A DNA stretch of 63,081 bases, counting the filler, from Collodictyon triciliatum (lineage: Eukaryota): NCBI GenBank assembly GCA_043381765.1. It is 10 parts of 10 records of this genome, joined end to end, with 100 filler letters (N's around TTAATTAATTAA, not from the genome) between each part and the next. Parts side by side here need not be neighbours in the genome. Positions count along the whole stretch, not along the records: positions 37,931 to 44,144 come from JBHJMP010004636.1; positions 44,245 to 50,471 come from JBHJMP010004637.1; positions 50,572 to 56,777 come from JBHJMP010004638.1; 7 more parts are not named here. One strand, written 5' to 3'. Each line of letters opens with the position of its first letter. Position 1 is the stretch's first letter. Shown piece after piece: positions 38,589 to 53,630 of this stretch. The notes beneath the pieces were generated by a model. The model had not been told where the DNA came from. It made no database searches and saw only the letters and a program-made list of their open reading frames with translations. The position numbers and the translations under genes were made by a program.

Positions 38589-40724
38589 ATGCAATCAATA
38601 CTTGCTCTTGCCGACATGTGCCACGGCAGAAGCGCTGCGGATCTTGTGGAGCGCGCAATTGATTTTCCAGGCGTCTTCGTGTTTGGTGAGCTGCTTGAAA
38701 AGCCGTCGATTCAAGAGGTGTGACTTTTTTTTTTATAGAAGTTTTCAATCTCTGTTCTTCTTTTTTCCTTTCGTCTATTCTCTTTTGTTTTATTTTGTCT
38801 TTTTTTGTTTTCTTCTCTTCTCTTCTCTTCTCTTCTCTTCTTTTGTTTTGTTTTGTTTTGTTTTGTTTTGTTTTTCTTTGTTTTGTTTTGTTTTGTTTTG
38901 TTTTGTTTTGTTTTTCTTTGCTCTGTTTTGTTCTTTTCTTTCATTTTCATTTTCTTTTCTTTTGTTTTCATCTTATTTCATCTCTTTTTTTTTCTTCTCA
39001 TCTCTTCTTTTTGTTTTATTTTATTTTGTATTGTATTGTATTGTATTGTATTGTATTGTATTGTATTGTATTGTTCTTTTCTTTTCCCCTAGATTTTTTC
39101 ACTTTTCTAAGCTCGTGCCCTTAGATTCACCAGAAAAACATGACTAATCACTGCTTTTACAGTTAGCAGATTCTGTTGATTGGTCTCAGCATTACCAACT
39201 TCTTCGCCTATTTACCTTCGGCACCTACAAAGAGTATTTAGGTTTTTGAATGTCTTTCTCAAAATAGTACACATAGTGTCTTTCCTCGATCAAATCTATC
39301 TGATAATATATTATCTAGCACAACTTATTAAATATCACCTTTACAATGAAAATAAAATGTCACGTATGCAACCATCATTAAGATGTTCTCATCAGCATTT
39401 TATTCTGTTACCTTGACACCATTATATGCACGTATTCAGTCTACAACGATATATATATATATATATTAGATGGTAAATGGGATGTTCCGAAACTTAATTT
39501 CACGCGAGAAACAAAACTCAAGCAGATTAGTGTAGCTGTATGTTGTGGTAATAAAAAGGTGCAGTTAACTCACCGTCGCAGTGGTCCTACTCGCGACTAT
39601 TCAACTAATTTTTGAAGTTTACGTTTATGCACTATTTATCGTTTACATCTTGGTCTAAACAGGATTTTTTTTTGTCACCAATCCTTCAAAAACAAAAACA
39701 AAAAGAAAAAGAAAAGAAAGAACTTCCCCTACGTATAACTATTTTTAAGGAAGGTTTGTATTCTGTAAAAACAGGCTATCTCTTATGCCGAACTGAAGCT
39801 GTCATTGAATGAGGAATCAACAAGAGATTTAGAGGACTTAATAATCAGCTGTATTTATGAAGTGTGTTCGTGTACTCATCTTAATTTAAAAATAAAACAT
39901 ACGAATCTATGTTGATTTTTAAAGTTTTCCCCCTTTCGCTTCAATGTGCCCTAAATTATGAACATTTATTCCTGAAAGGGCATCATTAAAGGAAAATTCA
40001 ATCAAATGGATGAAGTACTTCTTGTAGACAGCGTAATGAGCCGAGACCTCGTGCTACCAGAGGACTTGGATAAAATGATTGCCTCATTCAAAACATGGTC
40101 TTCCATTTATCCTGTGTATTTCAAGCCTCATATTTTTTTTGTATGTCTTTGTGCGTCTTTACTCACAACACTCTTATATCGTTTACAAAGGCAAAAGTAT
40201 TGTTTGATGCAACAAGATTACTACCGTCATAAGATGTTTCGACATCGCACAATACCTCAAGTTGCATGATTATAGGTCATCACAAATAAAATCTGTGGTA
40301 GACTGTCTGCATGAAAATGAGACTCGCGTGCAGACATCATTGACACTTAGCCTTCTAGAAAAGGAGACCCTCTCTCAAAAAATAGAGGACAACAAGATAC
40401 ATTTCAGAGAAGTAAGCTTTTTCAAATCTTGCTCGGTCCTGGTTCTCCTATCGAAAGCACCTCGATTGATACACCCAGAGCCATACTTCCTTATTAATTA
40501 CTGGGTCGCTCTCTTTTTAACTGTTTTTTTGTTTTGTTTTTTCATTCATTTATCAGAATGCAGAAGGTTGTTTTGTGAATGATACCATATCCTACGGCGT
40601 TCACCCGCCACAATATTTCAGTCCGGAGTACAAGGAGAAATTCCGAGCAAAGAGGTTGGCATATCTCTCACATCTCTTGACTTTACTTAATCATTAATGT
40701 TTTATATCCAGGCATTCCGATTAG
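38589..40724 (+). CDS. CSN7: COP9 signalosome subunit 7-like PCI-domain protein (multi-exon)
   Basis: PGVFVFGELLE, LLRLFTFGTYKEY, KLKQIS, RDLEDLII, GIIKGKFNQ...VDSVMSRDL. The 3' exons are tentative. Confidence 0.85.
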
Positions 40725-41199
40725 CTAAAAGTTGTCATCAATAGGCAAATAAAACCAACTTCAAACCAGGAAACCCATATTAAAAGAAGATAAATACTAA
40801 AATGACGTGATTTTGTCATCATTTTGTTTCATAAAACGAAATAAACAAAAAATAAATAAATAAATAAAATCGATTTTCAATGCTGGTCACTTTGCTCTTC
40901 GATTTATTCCAACTTTTTCTTGCTCCAGAAAGTAATTATTTTCCTTGGATTTTTTTGTCTGCAAGCTCGTATGCCAATGTGTGATGCCTGATTTTTTTTT
41001 TTTGTATCAGATTGGAGGCTTGTAAAACACATTGATGCATGCCGTGAATTTAAAGAGCAGAAGGAATAGAACTATATCTTTCAATCAATTACTTCACACA
41101 ACATCTTTGAATTTCTTTTCCTTCGATACTTTAGCTTTATGTCTTGAAACCTGCGACAGTGAGTTGCACAAAGCAGAATGAAGAAAGAAGGTGAAGTTG

Positions 41200-43159
41200 T
41201 CAATCATGGTAAGGTTTGATGACCATAGAGAAGTAGTCGGTGATGCGAGATTTTTTTGTTTCTGCATAATCTGTACTATTCGATAAAGAGTGTGCGGAGG
41301 AAACAGTCTGCGATAAAGTTATCCGAGCAATTTGTTTTCCTTCCTCTAATCCCCCAGACTTAGAAATGAAATGGGCGAGTGAATCTCCACTTTTCTTTGT
41401 TTCGACTTCGTTTGGTATTTCTGATAGTCCTCGTTTGTTGACTTGCTTCTCTGTTTTTACTTCAACACCTGCTAGGTCAAGCACCTACACCAATCAATCC
41501 GAATTGGAATAAAAAATAGTAGTGATATGACAATTTTTATTTCTTTTAATCGAATCTTATGGTAGCAAATAATAAAAAAAAATTTTAAAAAAAAAATAAG
41601 CCATCGAAACACGTCCACACTCTCATATATTTCTCAATCTGCTCCATTCTTACCAGATTGTCTGTGATGTCCAGTATCTCCAGGTTACACAACCGACCAA
41701 TTGAATCAGGGAGCCCTGTCAGCTATTCCATACAATATTAGACTCCGTGTTGTTTTCGTCAAATAGAAAATAAGAACATAGATAAACAAACAATAAATCA
41801 AATAAATAAAAAAAAACGAAGGTATTTGTCTTCTGCATTTTTTTTTGGTACTTTATTGTGCGAGACGTTGAGGTGGACAAGACAAGATATACGGCAGACA
41901 CATTCCGGGAGCTCTGTGAGCTACAGCATTGATGTCTGTGTCAGTTTGTGGTATACTCAGTGAAATTAGGTCGATGAAAGGCAAGATATTACAGCGTTTC
42001 TTTCCAGACACAAATATGTCAGGCTCTTGATCAGTGACAAAGACTCAGGCAATGAAGAGAGGGACATCCCAAACAAACTCAAGGATTTGAACGGAATGTG
42101 CCTCTTATTAGGCGTCCATCCGGGCTCTGCTATTGTATCAATCTGAACAAAAGCCAAAAGGATTTTGATGAATATATTTAATTTTTTTTTATTTCTTTTC
42201 CCTTTTTCATGGGGTTTTAGAAGGATTTATCATACATACCGTATCATAGAATTGAAGCAATTTACGACATTCTTTTTCTACAGATTCTTTCCAGCAAGGG
42301 AGTTTTGTAATATCGCGAGGTACTCTTTTTATGATTGGATCTTCATACATTTCATTAATGTAGAGGTTCTTTAATTTTTTGAGTGTGGTAATTTGCGGTG
42401 GCAGTTCTTCCATCTATGGAGAAAACCAACATCCATTACATCGCATTCCCCATTGAATCGAATAAAAGGGGGAGAGAGAAAAAAAAACACTCATCACATC
42501 ACATAAATACATATGAACCTGAAACACGTTTGCATAATCTATTTGTATATCAAATGGCAAAAGAAATGTACCGGATTCTCATAGATACTCATGGTTTTGA
42601 GGCACTTGAGGACTGATATTCCCGGGGGCAGATACGACAGCTCATTACCAAAGATGTATAATCCGGTGAGTTGCGTCAAACGCAATATTTCTGGCGGCAG
42701 GAACGACAATTCATTCATACCGATGCCAATCCACAGGAGATGTGTCATACATGATACTGTGGAAGGCAGTGGACATAGACGATTGCCCGAGGCATCCATC
42801 GTCTCCAGACTGGCCAAGCATGAGATTCCTTTGGGCAAGGACGACAACTTGTTATATGATATATTGAGGTCTCTAAGAACACCCAGGCGGGATATACCGG
42901 GGGGCAATGACTGCAGCTCATTTTCGGATAGATTCAGAGCCGTGAGACGCACCAGACATGATATTTCTTGCGGAAGAGACGACATGCTGTTTTCACAGAG
43001 ATTCAAATACACCAGGCGGGTCATCAGAAAGATGCCGCGAGGCAAAATCCTGACATGGTGTTCTCCAAGGTCAAGGGCGTCGCATTCTCGGAGGTCAAGT
43101 GTTTTTCCATACCGCATGATTTTACGCAGCTCTTCAAAAAGGACGACTTTGTGGGACAT
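41200..43159 (-). CDS. Leucine-rich repeat protein (multi-exon)
   Basis: Repeated LxxLxLxxNxLxxLPxxI units in 42539-43159 and in downstream exons. Confidence 0.8.
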
Positions 43160-44244
43160 TGTGAAGGGACGTTATCTGGAATTGTTTTTTTTATTTATTT
43201 TGCGGCTGAGTTTACGTGTTTGTGCGATGAGTTTTTATATATATATCTCCGTTTGTTAGTTGCGCTTGATGCGGAGGCGTGTCGTGGCTGAGCGGTGTTT
43301 GATATGAGTGTCCTTTGGTTCGTGCTAACCCACTGAGTATATGTATGGGTGTTGATAGCGTTACGAGTTTGGTTGGGTTGGGTATGCGGGTGAACGAGAA
43401 TAAAGATAACTAAATGAAAAGAATTTGAATAAGAAACAAGAGAAAGAGAAAGAGAAAGAGAAAGAGCTGTTGGGGATAGGAATATGAAAGCTGTGGTGGA
43501 AGCGGCATACAATTCAATGGATGTGCCTGCATATGGAAAATATGTGCTTAATCTTTAAAATTTCTATTTGAAGATATTTACCAATGTCAAATATTTAAAA
43601 TTATTAAATAATTACAAAACCTGATGTGACATACGAAAAAGTTGGAGTGGGTGTGAAAACTGAGTCCGCAAACAGTTTGTGGCTGAACAGATGTGTCGCG
43701 AACTACGCAGATGTGGGAAACAGCGAGGCTGGTCGATTATCAAACACTGGGATCGAACTGGGTCTGGTGAAGAGAGGGCGTGGCTGTGCTGCACCGCGTC
43801 AGGTTGGTGTTCAAGATTGTTCAGGAGTGGGCCATTCTTTCAAGACAAAAGCAGCCCAAAGCGATGGAACTGGATGGAAAACACAACATAAATCACGTTC
43901 ACTAAAGGATTCTAAAACTGCAGCCAGTTCTTCTGGTTCCAACAGTGGTGCGGAAAACCCCTCAATTTGTACGTAAGTCCAGGAAGACCCTTGCAAGGAA
44001 GCCGCCTGCAAGTTTTTCAGAGCGGAAAGTTTTTTGCTTGGGGTCGAGCAAGTCGTTTATAACAAGAACAAGGCCCGCAGGCTCACAGATGCACTCGCCT
44101 CCTTCTTGAAAGCGAACAAACTTTGGGAAGAGTCCATCCAATTGNNNNNNNNNNNNNNNNNNNNNNNNNNNNNNNNNNNNNNNNNNNNTTAATTAATTAA
44201 NNNNNNNNNNNNNNNNNNNNNNNNNNNNNNNNNNNNNNNNNNNN

Positions 44245-44318
<74 letters not shown>

Positions 44319-44349
44319 TGGATCGGAACAGGTTGATAAACTAATTTAC

Positions 44350-47300
44350 CTTGCCAATAAGAAAAGGTTGGATTGTGAAATATCCATGACTTTAATATTC
44401 TCCTGAATTTATTGTGACCTTCTGGAGATGATAACAATTCGTGGTACTGATGGCATCGGGGAATATCCACCTAAATTCAAAAAAAAAATGAGATAATCGA
44501 TATATGACGAACCTTTTACAATACCCACGACATACGTTTATCTGCTGGTCACATGTACAGGGGTTTTCCTTGTCTATAGATTCGTATGCTTGGAGCAGTT
44601 CTGGCGTTACGTTTAAAAGGATGGCCCACAGCTCGCCTTTGTGTTAAAAGATAAACCGAAAAACTTTACCGTCAATAAGGTCTTGCAGCATTTCAAAAAT
44701 GTGATAGATATATGTTTACGATGAAACATGATAGAGATAAGAAAAAAAAATACTATTTATCAAAGACCCAAGGGTAAATAGGCGAATTTAATACCTCGCA
44801 GTGAAGGGGGAATATCGACTGTTGCATTAGTCAAGAGTTCATCAACACGGATATGCCCATGCTTTGAAATGATGTCCTTGAATATTGATAGGCGCTGCCT
44901 TTGGTAGTCTATGTCCTGCTCTCGAAATCTTTTTTTTTTTTTGGTTTCGTTCATAGGGTAATGAGAGAAACTAATTTTCACGATATGTAATTACTTCTAT
45001 TAAAAAATTATAACCTATTTTATGGGTTATTATCAAAGTTGTATTCCTTACTCGAGAGGTGGAAGAAATTCCTGGTGTTGCCTTCTGATCTATATTGTGA
45101 AATAAAAATGAAGCTGCATTCGAATGTATGTAAGCTATACTGTAATGTCATAAATATAACAATATGGGATAACAAGCCTGAATTATTTTCATTATTGGGT
45201 CGTTTTCAGACTTGAGTGTGGTCCTATATCATAAATAAAGAAGAAATAGTTGGTATAAGAACTATGCGGTACTCGTGTGCGATATTAGTTTTATGAGATT
45301 AAGTTTTACTATCAATTTTTTTAAGAAAGGAAATGTCTTTGTTTCCACCATTGCATTTGCTGTGCTTGTGTTACTTGATTAGGCCTCGTCATCGACGGTA
45401 AGTATCTTTTATGGTCAACCAGCTTTTTGCGAAGAACTTCCAAAGGTAATGCTGTATTTTAGTTTAAAAATTATTATTTTGATTGACAGATAAATGAATT
45501 AATATATCAATAAAGCCTTAAAAATATAACCAATGAAAGGGTTTGTTTTACATACAAACAATTCTAGGGTCATAACCACTGCTGGATTCGGTATGGGTAG
45601 GTTCCTTTGTTTCACCAGAAAGTCTCACAACGTATGGTACTTTGTGGATTGGAGGTTGGGCGGATACAATGCCTAATTTTTGGAGCTCGTGTTCTATATT
45701 GCCACCTTATTTTATTTGTTTTTAAAATGGTGAGATTATGCTTTAAATTCATATATTTTTCTAGAAAAAATAACCCCTCAATAAATTCAAAATTTTGGAA
45801 ATATTGCATGTGTTTCAAATTACAGGTTTTTGAAATGTTATTGCGTCCGGTATTAGTGTCCAAGAAATAATAGATATTGGAAAATTAAAGGGAGAGAAAA
45901 AAATCAGTATTGTTTGATAGTATACCAGCTAGTTTCCAGAAGTGAAAGAGCTCTGCTACTGGTCGCTCATTCAGCATACCGTCGATAGATTGGTTGAAGG
46001 GTTTAATTTCTTCGCATAATAGAGATGGCTTCTTTTGAGGAAGAAAAAAAATTCGAGATTGAGAGGTGAAACTCGCAAATGGTCATCAAAATTGAGAGAA
46101 AACATGCATCAATTTGAGAAAGTATCCTATAAAAGAGTCAGCATATAATTTAATGCCGTTACTTTGTAAATTTTCATACCGTGGTTAATTTTGTTAAATT
46201 ATTCTCTACATAATCGAAATCAGGACGCCTCAGCTGTATATTGGCACTCTTCAAGTGTGGCTTGAGCACCCACCTACAAAAAATAATAATAATAAAATTA
46301 TAGAGCGTAAAGGCGATATTATATATATCATTTCCCCTCAATGTATTTCGCTACGGTTTATTATTTTTCCTTTTTCCTTTATTTTTTTAAGAAGAAAGAA
46401 GGGACAATTAAGATTACTTTGTGGGTTTCAACACCAATTCTCTTTTCCTCAGCTCCAAAAAGTATGGATGGAGGAGCAACTCTTCCTATTTTGGTATAAT
46501 AATTACAATCAAAATATATGCTGTCGTAGATTACATACTGATCTGCTAGACTCTGTTTCTTGTTGCGCCACTACTATTCTGAAACATAAAATCCTTTTCG
46601 TATCTCAAATTAACAAACAGCATCAGGGCGAATTCTGGGGTCGGCTGTAAGACAATGTCGAATAATTTCCTCAAATAACTCGGAATATTTTGACAAACTC
46701 GGAGCGTATCTGTTGCATTCAAAATCGGTCATTAGTGGGCATTCTTCAATATGCATGGAGATATTTATTCAATTGATTGATTTTTTTTTTTTTTTTGCAC
46801 AAAAATTAGCTACAGTGCGAAAGACCACAATTATGCAAAAGTACATTTTTAACAATGCATCAAGTCTTGATTTTTGAATTATTGATCGTTCATGCGATGT
46901 CAAACTAGATAGATCGACAGGCTCACTAGGCCTAAAATAATAAATAATAAATAATGAATCAGAAATCAGAAGTCAGAAATAACAAGAAACAAAAAGGCCA
47001 AGAACGTCATACTTAAACAGTTCTATACCAATCTCCTTTTTGTAAAACTCTTAAGTTGTGTTAAAAAAATTAACACACAAATGTATGAACTGGAGAATTG
47101 ATAAGATGAAAACTTCTCGATTTGTGCAGATTCATTCATATACGTAGCTTTGGTATGCATTCTCGGAGGAAAATCATGTCCAAGCATGTTTAGGATGCTA
47201 TATTTTTGTAATTATTTTTAATCAGAATCTTATGATACCCCCTCTTTCACTCTTTTGGAGTGAAAAAAAAAGTATTCATTTTAATGGAAAAATAAAAAAA

Positions 47301-48745
47301 AGTTAGGAAAAATACCACCTTATGAATAATAGCAGTGGAATGTTCCATATAAAAAATCATGCCTAAGAAAAGTATGGTAGATTCCAAGGTCCCCAAACGG
47401 TTTTCGCCCGTCAACGATTTCGGCGAGTATGATTCCCAAAGACCAAATATCAGACTATCAATTAATGCATTCACAATACCATTTAGAATTAAGCAAATAA
47501 ACCCGGAATAAATATTTAATACTCCTCTCCACAACGGACATGCATGATTTTGAAGTATATGCAGATGCTGGTCACCTTTCGGTCGAACTTTCCAGAGGCG
47601 TTCTGCGGACCTAGAGACACAACTTCGGGAGCCATGTAGCATGGGTAACTTATAGAGAAAATATGTAAATGGTAAATCCTTCACCTATTGTAGGTTGTAT
47701 ACATTGATGTTTCAAGCATATCAACTTTTCAGCGTTCAAAATAAAAGTTATTGGATGGTTACCCAATCGGAAATTTGACATATGTGCCATGGTTGCTCAT
47801 ATGAAACATTCCATAGTCTGCGAGCTTGACGTTTTTCTATATTTTTTTTATTTCGGCATGTATTCAATTGATCTCTTTGTTTCAAACGCTTATTGAAGTA
47901 CTGTCAAACAGAGAAGAAAGATATTATTCAAGTGAAAGTAAATCATGGTCTAACTTGTTCGTCTAAAAGAATGTTATCTATGCACAACGATCTGTGCGTC
48001 AGCTCATGATTTCCCAGGTATTGAAGAGCCATAAGTGTTTGATAAGCTACTTGCTTGATATCAGACTCTGACAACGCTGGATGAGGTGATTTTCTAATGA
48101 ATAAAGTGCAAAATATTTTAATTAACATATATAACTTTATTGCCTAATAATGATTTAGCATTGATGTTGGATGAAATCCAAACCCTGTGGGGTCGGGACA
48201 GAAATGGGATAGTGAATGCTGGAAATGTTCGGAAATGACATATATTCTTTCTGGGTAATCAAATGAATTGTAAGTAAAAAAAAAAAATAGTTTCTACATA
48301 AAAATTGTTTGTTTGCATATTTTCACCATTTCATCACCCTGTTCAGTCTTTCACTATTATTTGATATGTATTAAATCGCTAATGATCCTTAAAAAGGGTT
48401 CACTTGCTATAGTACCATGTTTTCCTCGGACAATGTCGATATAAGCACACAGATGTGGGTGCGTCAGATATTTTAGTATCTGGAACCGGCCTATTATCTT
48501 CGTAATCGGAGCTCGAATCTATAGGTTATTGGGGGAAACGATACAACATCTTGGTAAATTGGAACAAAACACCATATGTAGCACTCAATCAAAAGTACTA
48601 CGATTACATCAATATCGACTTTGTAATAATAGCAGTAGTGATGATACTGATATTGATACTGATACTGATACTGATACTGATACTGATACTGATACTGATA
48701 CTGATACTGATACTGATACTGATACTGATACTGATACTGATACTG

Positions 48746-48826
<81 letters not shown>

Positions 48827-49256
48827 GTAATAGTAATAGTAATAGTAATAGTAATAGTAATAATAATAATAATAATAATAATAGTAGTAATAGTAATAGT
48901 AATAGTAATAGTAATAGTAATAGTAATAGGAATAGGAATAGGAATAGGAATAGGAATAGGAATAATAATAGCAATATATATACATAGATAAATAAACGAA
49001 AATAACTCATGTTCAGTAAAACAATCAATATTGTTTTCAGTCGAGGAAATAACCTGCTCTGGTGTATGTCCTTCCTGTATTTAAGATTGAAAGATGCGTG
49101 GCGAGCAAAAAAAAAAAAAGTGCGCGGTTAGTGTGTGTAAAAGCAGGCTGAGATCGCACTTAAGGGTGGGAAAAAAAAGGAGCAGATAAAAAAACTAACC
49201 GCTGGAAGCAGAAAATACTTTACACCGAGCGTTGTTTGTCGACCCGAAGTCTGCAT
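44350..49256 (-). CDS. TBCK: TBC-domain-containing protein kinase-like protein, 3'-truncated, many introns
   Basis: [38 protein letters not shown]...FPIG, DIDYQ...[28 protein letters not shown]...YWQG. Confidence 0.9.
48642..48970. repeat. Compound microsatellite (GATACT)n(AAT)n(AGTAAT)n(AGGAAT)n in a TBCK intron
   Basis: Directly visible. Confidence 0.92.
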
Positions 49257-49712
49257 TGCGAGCGATCGTGCAGAGGCAACTTTGTTTACGAGAACGAAAG
49301 TGAGAGCGATTCAGCAGGCGGGATTCAGAGGAAGAAAAGTGACCTGACGGGAGTCCTACTTGTAGAGGGAAACGAAAGGAAACGAAAGGAAACGAAAGGA
49401 AACGAAAGGAAAGGAACTGAGAGAGAAAGAGAAGAGAAGGGAAAGGACAAAGAGAGACGCATGAAGAACGAAGAGTCATCCAATAATATGGGATGCGGTG
49501 TCCTGCTTCGCTGATAAGCACACAAATCCCACAGTCAGTTCTTTATATTCATCACCTCAAACAAAAGGAAGGGTAGGGGCGTTGGGTGGCTGAGCAGTTT
49601 GGTCCTGGGTCATTGAAGAGATCTCTGGTGTGATGGATGCACAGCGAAGCGATTCCCACACGATGGGCAAAGCGCAAGAGGGAGGAAAAGAAGAAGCTAG
49701 GCACACTTAAGG

Positions 49713-50098
49713 TTAAACTGTACTTTGGTCATCCAGGCTGTTTGCGTTGTAGAACGTGTTGACGGCCTGGACAATAGGTTTGAAAGCCCCGACAAACTGC
49801 TTCATGTGCGTGGAGAGAACGTCTTGTGGCTGGCTTTGACCAAGCTTCTCATCAAAGTCTTTTCGGTATGGGACGGCCTTCATCGCCATCTGCAGATGAC
49901 AGGATAAGTTGTCAGTTGGGCAGCAAAAGAGCATTTATGCATCAGGTTGGGCTGCAGAAATGTACCGAGAAGACTCCGCGGGCCATCCATCCGTGATATC
50001 GGGCTAATGTGGCTTGGTAAGCATTCGGGACAAGGGTGGTGAGTTCATCTGGCTTGGCAAGAACCTCCTCGAGAAGTGCGACAATAAACTCCAAAGCT
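49713..50098 (-). CDS. Glycolipid transfer protein (GLTP/HET-C2 family), last two exons
   Basis: RALEFI...AYQATLARYHGWMARGVFS|MAMKAVPYRKDF. Confidence 0.85.
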
Positions 50099-50321
50099 CT
50101 GTACGATTTGGATGGAAAAGACCATAAATTAGCATTCATACAAAACATTGCTATAGGGTATGGGTGATGGGTAGCCTGTGGAGGAAAACGTGGGGTGTAA
50201 GGGAATTCAAATATGTAGATTTTTAATTTGAGGTTGGTGTGGGTACGCAGGTTGGGTGTGAATGGTTTTGAATGAAATACGTTAACGTTGATAACTATAT
50301 TTTCATGGGAATCTGGCTTTA

Positions 50322-50471
50322 TTATTATTGTTATTGGTATTATTGTTGTTATTATTATTGGTATTACTGTTGGTATTATTATTGGTATTATTATTGGTAT
50401 TATTATTGGTATTATTATTGGTATTATTATTGGTATTATTATTGGTATTATTATTGGTATTATTATTGGTA
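50322..50471. repeat. (TATTATTATTGG)n repeat
   Basis: Directly visible. Confidence 0.9.
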
Positions 50472-50571
50472 NNNNNNNNNNNNNNNNNNNNNNNNNNNNN
50501 NNNNNNNNNNNNNNNTTAATTAATTAANNNNNNNNNNNNNNNNNNNNNNNNNNNNNNNNNNNNNNNNNNNN

Positions 50572-51425
50572 TTTGGGAGTTCCTTGCGAGAGGAGCTTCT
50601 TGGTTGGGTGGCGGTAATGGGCTGAGGTGGTTCATCGTCCTCGTCTTCCATGGCTTCGGGTGATGGTGTCCTGGAGGGTTAGGCCGTCTTTCACCCCTGG
50701 ACTGCGTGGGTTGCGAGGGTTTGCGGTGGTGTCTACTGTGGTATTTGCCCTGGTGCTTGTTATGTTTGGTATCGTGTTGGGGCTTCTCCTTCCGTTCGGG
50801 GAGGAGCATGAAGGGGACGAGGAATCCTTGCAAGTTTATTTTCTTTTCTGGCACTTTGGACAGTTCTGATGCCGGGAACTTGACCAGCGCGTCATTGGTC
50901 CAGATGCCGTCCACAGCTTCGTAGTAAACTATGGTAGGCGAAAATAATACTCTACAGGCCTCTTCAATGTTTGCCTTGGTGAAGCCTGGGGGATATCGCC
51001 GATGATAGCGGAGTGGAGTGGTGGCCTCTCTTGGTATGGGCGGAAAAAGCGACCAAGTTGTTTAAACTGTCCTGCTCTGGCAAAAACTGCGGCGTTTTGT
51101 TGGTGCGGAAAGGCCACTGTGTAACCTTGGGGTTGGTCGTACAGTTGCATGATCATGTTCTCCTCGTAGCACTCGAGTTGTTTAAGGACTTGGGCGAGTT
51201 CTTTCTTCGCTAGGTTGTGGGCTTCGTGGTTCTGGGGAGTTTGTGCTTACCTCGAAGGCGGACTTAGCAGCCGGCTCCGTACAGGTTCTGCTCCTGGGCT
51301 CTCTTTGATCGGCGTATCGGTGTGGCCGAGGGGCTTTGGTCGAGTTGTGTCCTCGATTCTCGTGCGTTCGAGTGTGTTTGTCTCAAGCTTTCGCTTTCGA
51401 CCTCCAGCCTCGAGTCGGGCTCCAT
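50572..51425 (-). pseudogene. Frameshifted ORF1 of an L1/Tx1-like non-LTR retrotransposon
   Basis: Joining frames gives ...YTVAFPHQQNAAVF...FRPYQERP..AIIGDIP/PGFTKANIEEAC...DGIWTNDALVKF...PEKKINLQG, an RRM-like ORF1p pattern broken by frameshifts. Confidence 0.5.
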
Positions 51426-53510
51426 GAGTTGTTCCCGACGAGACCGAAGAGATTATGGTTGAATTAAACCAGACGAGATCGAAGAGCCACAACAGAACAG
51501 AGTTAATTCATTGGATCCCTTTGGTGGGGCACTCATTCTTTTTACCACACAAACTACAATATCAACATATGCCATGCAAACTGAAGAACCCAACATGGAA
51601 TCATACCTTCATTTTTTTAAAAGGCAAAGGTTTAAACCTTAAGCAAGTTTGATATTTTGTTTCAAATTGATATATTATTTCAAAAAGCCAAAAGACTTTA
51701 TCGAGAGAGGGGTAGTCTATCAAATGCTGGGAAATAATACAAACTATAAAAGATACAAGCAAGGACACAAGACGATTCCTTCCAGCAAACCTATATGTGT
51801 TTGGCTTAGTCCTTGCCTTGTCTAATATCTGGTTCTACCATTACTCATCATCCCACAACTCAAATAGCTCATGTAAACTTAACTGCGCATCCATATAATA
51901 AAGAATTCAAGTTTTCTAATTTTATGTGCCAATTTTGTCAGGGCACTCATTTATACAGCAACCTGTAAGCCAAGAAGAACCGGGCTATTCAAGTTATGAA
52001 GCATCCTGTAGCAGAGAATTTTTGTCCACGCATTCACACTTTCTGAGCTACCCAAATCTCCATATTCACTTTATTCTTTTATTTTCATAGCTATAGCTTT
52101 AGTTTTATTATTTATGGTGTACATTGGGCTCTAATCCCATCACGTGCAGCTTGGGATAATTTTCACGGGCATGACGGCGACTGTGACATTGGTTACTCTG
52201 TTGTCCACATCGCACTCACTTGGACGGATTCTTGCAAAGACGCAGCCATTAAGTACATCTCATTTAGTCACGTGCTTGCTATCATTTCAGTTATTTTGAT
52301 ATTTTTGCCTAGCTCTTCTCAACTCAGGCTTTTTATGGGATTCATTTACTAGTGAAAAATACAATATATTCTGATCTATATAATAATTATATGCCTTCCT
52401 CCCTCTAATTTTTTTATCAAGCGAAGCTGCCGTCGATTTCACGTGCCTGGGGGCATGCTATCAGGATAACAGACTAAGCCCCTTCATCGTTTATTGTGCT
52501 CGGGGAATCGCTATGATTAAGGGTAAGCGATGAGTTACTTATCATTATTTTTTTATTACCATTGTTAAGTTTTTTCATCAACCGCAGGCCGTATCAAAAT
52601 ATATGACAATATGTACTTTTATTAGTCATGCTATTATAAACGATACCAAAATGGCCCTCACTGTCCATAGGATAGAGAAAATGGTTGAGCTATGGCCAAA
52701 AAGGGAGGAAAAGTTCATCTATAATGACTGCACCCCCTGCGACTGAAGCTGATCATTTGGCACCAGAAATGTAAAAATGTAATTTATAATAACAAACTAT
52801 ATCAAAGAATCGATTTTTAATACACGCAAGATGACATAATTTATAAATAATAAGACAATTCGCAACATTAATTGTTCGTTCGAACACTTGCCACCATCGA
52901 AGAGGAAGAAATCTGCGTGATCAAGAAGCGGTTACTCTATCTACTGTTTTGATACTTACTACCCATACTTTTTTTTTTGAATTCTTTCAACTTTAGAAAT
53001 CGTTTTTATTGATCAATTCACAGTTAGTATCTAGCAGATTACTAGCAATAGCTGACATACTGCACAACTCCTGCAACAAAGGCAATAGTGGATTTGTAAG
53101 AATAATGCTCTTGAATTGTCGGATAGACTCCAAAAAAACATACAAATATTTATAGTTGAATTAGTTACTACATTAAAACTCAATATTTTGGAAACTTAAA
53201 CAAACAATTATACATTCCAAATAGTCCGGAGACAGTCGCCCTTTCAACGCGGTGCCTTTAGTCGCAAAATCACACTTCAATTAGTCGGATTTAAGTATAA
53301 TGCACTTTATATGACTTAATACATAAATCCTTTCATTCTATAATTCTAAGTAGTAGACTCTGCTTCTTTGTTATCATTATAACATTTTCTTTACCTCACA
53401 TGGGCACATATGAGATTGGATGATGGATGTATTATAAGAATATATGTTCGAAAAACAAAGGTGATTGGATTTTACGACATGAAAAGATTTTAAAACAAAC
53501 ATTATAGATA

Positions 53511-53630
53511 TTGCTAGCCTTTCTACGGTGGTGTCTTCTACTCACGTTTGCTCTCTACCACGCGCACTTATTTCGTCCCTTTGTATGGCAAAACCGCGCT
53601 GCACTTTGAATCGAATTAAGGAACAAAAAT
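53511..53630 (+). mobile_element. 5'-truncated copy of the LINE 3' end
   Basis: TGCTAGCCT..TACGGTGGTGTCTTC..CGTTTGCTCTCT..TATGGCA..CTTTGAAT..GGAACAAAAAT aligns with the reverse complement of 31012-31133. Confidence 0.7.

Noticed and set aside
48494-49028. Poly-Y/N/I/L ORFs (and similar ORFs at 38602-39147, 50272-50527 and 29255-29708)
   Set aside because: Translations of microsatellites and homopolymers in introns or intergenic DNA.
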